Below, one piece after another: positions 58,642 to 64,000 of a stretch of 64,000 nucleotides of DNA. The notes beneath the pieces are model-generated. The model saw nothing but the letters and a program-made list of their open reading frames with translations. It did not search any database and had not been told where the DNA came from. The position numbers were made by a program, and so were the translations under genes. The stretch is from a virus (Duplodnaviria > Caudoviricetes). Each line of letters begins with the position of its first letter. The first letter of the stretch is position 1. Location: IMG/VR virus record IMGVR_UViG_3300032038_000036, positions 36,727 to 100,726 of that record. One strand, 5' to 3'.

Positions 58642-59022
58642 ATGAAACATTTACAAGATTACATTATTGAACAAGTACAAGTTAATGAAGGTGCTACTTC
58701 AAAATCAGTTACTTTCGATTTTACAGATTTAGAAAATGGAAAGGAAACAATTGAATCATTAAAGGATAAAGAAGGTGTTGAAGTTGATGGTGACAAGTTA
58801 ACTGTTACTGTTAATTCAGATACAGTAGATAAACTTGATACTGTACAAGATATACTTCAGCAATTCTGTCAAACAATTCGTAATTCTCAAAAGAGATCTT
58901 CAGATGAACAATATGCTCAAAAGACAGTTGACTTCGAAAAGAAAGTTGGTGAATTAAATGATGCAATTGATGAAATTAAGAATCCGGATGATACTGGAGA
59001 AAAAGGAAATGAAGATGAATAA
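58642..59022 (+). CDS. hypothetical protein, possibly head-packaged
   Basis: likely start MKHLQDYIIEQVQVNEG. Confidence 0.7.
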   Translation: MKHLQDYIIEQVQVNEGATSKSVTFDFTDLENGKETIESLKDKEGVEVDGDKLTVTVNSDTVDKLDTVQDILQQFCQTIRNSQKRSSDEQYAQKTVDFEKKVGELNDAIDEIKNPDDTGEKGNEDE

Positions 59023-59083
59023 TCATTAATATTTTTTAACAGTATAAAGATATATCAAAAAACTTCGAGAATATATCTAGATG

Positions 59084-59153
59084 TTCCTCTAGCATCCTTC
59101 AATATTAAAATCATATAATTATATTTCATATGAAAGTTGATGATGCTAGAGGA
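59084..59153. repeat. ~70-bp inverted-repeat element (copy 2)
   Basis: TTCCTCTAGCATC...GATGCTAGAGGAA. Confidence 0.55.
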
Positions 59154-59164
59154 ATTTTTTTCTC

Positions 59165-59539
59165 TTATTTATAATAGTGATTATTAATTATTATAAAATT
59201 TTCATTTGAATAATCTTCCATCTTTTGAATTTCATCATTTGTTAATTGAACAAGATTATTCATATCATATTTTATTTGTTTTAATTTATTTTCAAGAACT
59301 TCATTTTCTTGCTTATTATAATTTGTAACAAATAAGTATTTTTTATCGTGAAGAATATATAATTTGAATGGTATGCTTATTCCATTATACATATAAATAT
59401 TCTTAGGCATTGCATATGTTTCAAGGAATCCATTTATTGTTGTTCTTTCTTTAATTACTTTATCTTCTATTAACATTAAATCAATTTCATGTTTTGTTAA
59501 TATAAGATCTTCAATATCGTTAATATTTACTATTTTCAT
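59165..59539 (-). CDS. hypothetical protein
   Basis: 124 aa ORF. Confidence 0.6.
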   Translation of the reverse strand: MKIVNINDIEDLILTKHEIDLMLIEDKVIKERTTINGFLETYAMPKNIYMYNGISIPFKLYILHDKKYLFVTNYNKQENEVLENKLKQIKYDMNNLVQLTNDEIQKMEDYSNENFIIINNHYYK

Positions 59540-59642
59540 TTTATTATTGTTTTATTTATAGTATTAAATTATCTTACAAATAAAAATATCATTTTATTTT
59601 TAATTATATATATTATATAGTACATAATTATCTTTATATAAA

Positions 59643-61103
59643 ATGAATAATGTTTTTAATAGAGAACGAGAACCATGGATAAGACCTTGGAACCAAGAAA
59701 AGTTTGATGATTTATATAATAGAGATGAACGATTCTTTTCACTTGTTGTAAAAGGATTATTATCTTGGCTTAATAGAAATATTGTCTTATATAATAAATC
59801 AATTAATCATTTTATATTTAATACAGGTTCATCTTATTTATATGTAGAATCAAATGGATATGAATATAATGTGGCAGAAACAACTGGAGAAGATACTATG
59901 TATATGAAACTTCCAAGATGCCTTATTGAAATTTCAGATATTAATATACCTATGGAAGAGTTGTCAGCTCCATTTTCAAGAGGTAATTATGAAAGACGTA
60001 GTGGTAATCAATTACAAGGATTTAATGCTGAAATTAGAAGATTACCAATTGAGCTTACAATTAATATGAAATACTATTTATCTAACTTTAATGAAACAAT
60101 TGTTTTGTTACAAGAACTTATAGATAAACTTGTTTTTCAAAGATATTTCAATATAACATATTTAGGTAAAGTTGTTCAATGTTCAATTGAGTTCCCAGCA
60201 AATTATAATCCTGAACTTAATAAAATTGATATGTCTTCACCAGAGCCAAATCAAAGAAATATAACATTTGATATAAAAATCTGTACAAACTATCCATTAA
60301 TTGATACACGTACTGAAATTCCTACTGATAAAGTTATTAGTAAATTTGGTCATGAAGTTGATTTATATCTTAAAGGATTTAGTTCTGATTCTATGAAAAA
60401 AGGACAAACTATTTCTGATGATGATGGATTTACTGAATTTGAAAATAATTTAATAAATGAAAAAGAAGATATAATATTTGATAAAGTTGAACCAATTCAT
60501 ACTCAAGATAATCATATAGATAATCCTGATGATAATACTCAAGATAATCCTATAGATAATCCTGATGATAATACTCAAGATAATCCTATAGATAATCCTG
60601 ATGATAATACTCAAGATAATCCTATAGATAATCCTGATGATAATACTCAAGATAATCCTATAGATAATCCTGATGATAATACTCAAGATAATCCTATAGA
60701 TAATCCTGATGTTGTTGAAGATAAAGATGGTATAACAATTTATACTAAAGATATTAAAGATCCATTTATTAAAGGATTTGATATAAATAATGATGGAATT
60801 ATTGATATTAATGATTTAATAACAAAATTTGATACTAATAATGATGGTGTTATTGATGAACATGAATTGATAACAATTTTAGAAAAAATGAAATATGAAG
60901 CATATGATGAAAATTGTGATTATGCTGAATCTTGTCATTATAAAATTGATTATAAAGATGTTTATTATGCAATTAAATTAATAAATAAACAAGAAGCAGT
61001 GTCTGCCCATTATGATAAATTTGCAAAGAAGATATATGTAACACATAATGATACTGGAGAAACTGCCGAAATTGATATGGTGAAATATAAAGTAATAAAT
61101 TAA
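59643..61103 (+). CDS. T4 gp15-like tail completion/sheath stabiliser fused to repeat linker and EF-hand-like Ca-binding motifs
   Basis: LPR...RLPIELTINMKYY...QELIDK; DINNDGIID and DTNNDGVID. Confidence 0.55.
   Translation: MNNVFNREREPWIRPWNQEKFDDLYNRDERFFSLVVKGLLSWLNRNIVLYNKSINHFIFNTGSSYLYVESNGYEYNVAETTGEDTMYMKLPRCLIEISDINIPMEELSAPFSRGNYERRSGNQLQGFNAEIRRLPIELTINMKYYLSNFNETIVLLQELIDKLVFQRYFNITYLGKVVQCSIEFPANYNPELNKIDMSSPEPNQRNITFDIKICTNYPLIDTRTEIPTDKVISKFGHEVDLYLKGFSSDSMKKGQTISDDDGFTEFENNLINEKEDIIFDKVEPIHTQDNHIDNPDDNTQDNPIDNPDDNTQDNPIDNPDDNTQDNPIDNPDDNTQDNPIDNPDDNTQDNPIDNPDVVEDKDGITIYTKDIKDPFIKGFDINNDGIIDINDLITKFDTNNDGVIDEHELITILEKMKYEAYDENCDYAESCHYKIDYKDVYYAIKLINKQEAVSAHYDKFAKKIYVTHNDTGETAEIDMVKYKVIN
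60501..60710 (+). repeat. 36-bp coding tandem repeat, ~6 copies (TQDNPIDNPDDN)
   Basis: ACTCAAGATAATCCTATAGATAATCCTGATGATAAT unit. Confidence 0.95.
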
Positions 61104-61105
61104 AT

Positions 61106-62422
61106 ATGAGTAAAATAGGTACAGAAATAATTGTTGGTCAAATATTTAAACCAATTGTTACCACATTCACTTATGACGAACTTAAAAATTATCGAGACAA
61201 TGATATATCTATAGGAATAAATAATGCTGTAATTTTTTCAATTCCACAACAAGGATTAGATAATGATTCATCTGTTGATAACCATGAAGAAACATCAATA
61301 TGGGCAACAGATAATTCTGGGTTATTATGTCCTTTATCATTTCCTTATTCAATGATTGCAAAAATTAAAGATTCATTGGATAGATACGAAGAAAATACAA
61401 ATGCTAAGAAAATTGTATCAGTTAACTGGACAAAAACACAAGGAACTAGTGAAGCAGGTATATCTCCAAATATCAATATTAAAGTTGAAGTTAAATATGC
61501 AAATGATAGAACTGCATTATTAAATGTAACTGGTATTAAAGTATATAAAAATCCACAATTTACTGAAGAATATGTTACTGTTATTGCTGGTGGTGAAACA
61601 ATAAACTGGTATGATAAAGCTGGTATTTATTATTTACAAGGTCTTGTAACAGATACTGCTATAGGTAGTATAATGGCTACAACAAATGATTTACCTTTGG
61701 AGTGGACAATTACAGAAATTAAAAAAGAAAACCCAAGATGCACATCTAATGTTCAAATTAAATTTTATGAACATAATAATATTAAATTTTATTATGCTGA
61801 AATAAATTTATCAGCAAATATTGCAGGTAAATTTGAAATAGAAAATTTAACAGAAGGTTGTTTTTTAGATAATACTGAATGTTATGTTACAACTGATAAT
61901 TTACATGCAATATTTAATTTATCTAATAGAACGTATGAAGCATTAAATGGAAAAATTAAATATAGATTTTATCCTGATAATACAAAATATTATAATGATA
62001 TATTCTGGACAAATATTGATGTTGGAGCTATTAATGGTATGCCTATTGAATCTGATTATTATATTTATATAGGATTACAAAAACCAACAGAAAATACAAA
62101 TCCTGATGATGATTTAGCAATAAATAATGCTCCTTTATATACTGGATATGGAGCTGCTGGTTGGAGATCTATAGGACAAACAATTGAACAATATAATGCA
62201 AGTAATCCAGCATATAATGGTGGATTTAAAACAGTTATTTTAGATAGAGATTTTAATTATGTTACTTGTTATATTGCTGTGCCACCTAATATGCATACGT
62301 ATGACGGACTTGGTAATCCTATAACATGGACATTAGAAGAATCTAATATAACTATTAAAAATCGTAAATACAATATTTATAAAAACAATATAGAAGGTGA
62401 AATGACGAATTTAATTTACTAA
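61106..62422 (+). CDS. hypothetical structural protein
   Basis: C-terminal ~120 aa paralogous to next gene. Confidence 0.7.
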   Translation: MSKIGTEIIVGQIFKPIVTTFTYDELKNYRDNDISIGINNAVIFSIPQQGLDNDSSVDNHEETSIWATDNSGLLCPLSFPYSMIAKIKDSLDRYEENTNAKKIVSVNWTKTQGTSEAGISPNINIKVEVKYANDRTALLNVTGIKVYKNPQFTEEYVTVIAGGETINWYDKAGIYYLQGLVTDTAIGSIMATTNDLPLEWTITEIKKENPRCTSNVQIKFYEHNNIKFYYAEINLSANIAGKFEIENLTEGCFLDNTECYVTTDNLHAIFNLSNRTYEALNGKIKYRFYPDNTKYYNDIFWTNIDVGAINGMPIESDYYIYIGLQKPTENTNPDDDLAINNAPLYTGYGAAGWRSIGQTIEQYNASNPAYNGGFKTVILDRDFNYVTCYIAVPPNMHTYDGLGNPITWTLEESNITIKNRKYNIYKNNIEGEMTNLIY

Positions 62423-62446
62423 TATAAATATATAATAAATATAAAT

Positions 62447-63136
62447 ATGGTGCAAAATGGAATTGAATTTACAATAAATAATGAAGATTATTTAATAGTA
62501 AATAAAAAAATATCTATTGATTCTTACAATAAAATACAAGCAGGTAAAAATAATCCAATTATTAATGCAATATCAATTGATTGGAATAATGCAAAAGTAG
62601 ATGAAAATACATATATTAATTCTACTGGTGATTTATTATCGTGGATTAAATCATTTAAATCAAATAATAATTCAGGAAACACACAGTTAACACAAGAACA
62701 ATTAGAAGCATTAAATTATTTAGTTGATTTTGTTAAACAAATAAAATTTAATAATCTTATTAATAAAAATGATTATTTCATATATATAGGTTTAAATAAA
62801 CCAGTATCAAAAACAAATCCTTTATTGGATTTAGCAATGAATAAACAACCATTATATGAAAATACATATCCATGTGGATGGTATAGCATTGGGGAAGATA
62901 TATCTCAATATAATGAACAAAATCCTGCATTTAATGGTGGATTTACTCCAATATGTTTAGATATTGATTTTAATAACGTAAATTGTTATATTGCACTTCC
63001 TATAAATATGAATATATATGATGGATTAGGTAATCAAATTGAATGGGATTATGTTGATGAAATTACAATTAATGATCATCAATATAAAATATTAACTAAT
63101 ATATTAGAAGGTGAATTTACAAGTATAATATATTAA
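62447..63136 (+). CDS. hypothetical structural protein
   Basis: INAISIDWN motif; shared C-terminal domain. Confidence 0.7.
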   Translation: MVQNGIEFTINNEDYLIVNKKISIDSYNKIQAGKNNPIINAISIDWNNAKVDENTYINSTGDLLSWIKSFKSNNNSGNTQLTQEQLEALNYLVDFVKQIKFNNLINKNDYFIYIGLNKPVSKTNPLLDLAMNKQPLYENTYPCGWYSIGEDISQYNEQNPAFNGGFTPICLDIDFNNVNCYIALPINMNIYDGLGNQIEWDYVDEITINDHQYKILTNILEGEFTSIIY

Positions 63137-63185
63137 TAAATATTAAATATAATTAGTAATGCGAGTACTTAAGTACTCGCATTTT

Positions 63186-64000
63186 TTATTTCTTTGATTG
63201 TTCATATTCAATTGCAGATTTTGAATCATAATTGAATGGAGGCTCAGTTACTTCATGTGCAGCATTACCTATACCATCAACCATATCTTCTGATTTATAT
63301 TCTCCACCTGCTTTACTTTGTTCATATGATACAGCATTCTTATGATCATAATTGAATGGAGGTTCAGTATAACCTTCAGATATTGCAGCATTATTTACTT
63401 TATTTTGCTCATATTCAATTGCAGATTTAGGATCATAATTGAATGGTGCTTCAGTTACTTCGTGTTCAGCATTACCTATTCCATCAACCATGTCTTGAAC
63501 TTTATATTGACCACCTGCTTTGCTATTTTCATAGTTGATTGCATTCTTAGGATCATAATTGAATGGTGCTTCAGTTACTTCATGCTCAGCATTACCTATT
63601 CCATCAACCATGTCTTGTACTTTGTATTGTCCTCCTGCTTTACCTTGTTCGTATGATACAGCATTCTTAGGATCATAATTGAATGGTGCTTCAGTTACTT
63701 CGTGCTCAGCATTACCTATTCCATCAACCATGTCTTGAACTTTATATTGACCACCTGCTTTGCTATTTTCATAGTTGACTGCATTCTTAGGATCATAATT
63801 GAATGGTGCTTCAGTTACCTCATGTTCGGCATTACCTATACCATCAACCATATCTTGAACTTTATATTGACCACCTGCTTTGCTATTTTCATAGTTGACT
63901 GCATTCTTAGGATCATAATTGAATGGTGCTTCAGTTACCTCATGTTCGGCATTACCTATACCATCAACCATATCTTGGACTTTATATTGACCACCTGCTT
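63186..64000 (-). CDS. 3' part of a repeat protein (begins outside window)
   Basis: 40 aa repeats MVDGIGNAEHEVTEAPFNYDPKNAVNYENSKAGGQYKVQD. Confidence 0.85.
   Translation of the reverse strand, partial: AGGQYKVQDMVDGIGNAEHEVTEAPFNYDPKNAVNYENSKAGGQYKVQDMVDGIGNAEHEVTEAPFNYDPKNAVNYENSKAGGQYKVQDMVDGIGNAEHEVTEAPFNYDPKNAVSYEQGKAGGQYKVQDMVDGIGNAEHEVTEAPFNYDPKNAINYENSKAGGQYKVQDMVDGIGNAEHEVTEAPFNYDPKSAIEYEQNKVNNAAISEGYTEPPFNYDHKNAVSYEQSKAGGEYKSEDMVDGIGNAAHEVTEPPFNYDSKSAIEYEQSKK
63190..64000 (-). repeat. 120-bp coding tandem repeat, at least 6 copies
   Basis: near-identical units with synonymous variation. Confidence 0.95.

Noticed and set aside
60450-63656. Antisense ORFs 60450-60686 and 63342-63656
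   Set aside because: By-products of coding tandem repeats on the opposite strand.
1-64000. Full TAG-to-Gln recoding (code 15) of this region
   Set aside because: Large structural genes are intact under code 11; only one convincing in-frame TAG was found.

Overview
AT-rich segment of a very large T4-like tailed phage, most similar in style to Lak-type megaphages of Prevotella/Bacteroidetes (inferred from gene content, Bacteroidetes-type promoters and lipoproteins; no search was run). The flanks carry core phage genes: RNase H-like 5'-3' exonuclease, terminase large subunit, portal, gp5-like and gp15-like tail proteins, a DNA methyltransferase, a MoxR AAA+/vWA pair, SmpB, an HD-domain alarmone-hydrolase-like protein and a glycosyltransferase. 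Positions 13.6-33.3 kb form a + strand RNA island with about 62 foldable tRNA genes (amber CUA suppressor, A34 Leu/Thr, Ile-UAU; no Arg found) plus many aberrant tRNA-like RNAs. The main candidate new system is a conserved bulged-helix RNA module (GNUGWA internal loop, ~9-bp stem, UACUUC) resembling the Ro60-binding stem of bacterial Y RNAs. It occurs 12 times: 6 as stand-alone RNAs and 6 circularly permuted and grafted into tRNA D-loops or anticodon stems. Both halves of the array are headed by matching leader-peptide terminator/antiterminator switches. The amber suppressor lies directly upstream of a TAG-containing leader and a Pth2-like gene interrupted by one in-frame TAG. A seven-gene microprotein operon (38.9-39.6 kb) is missed by the ORF track. 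All RNA folds were done by eye; coordinates may be off by a few nt.
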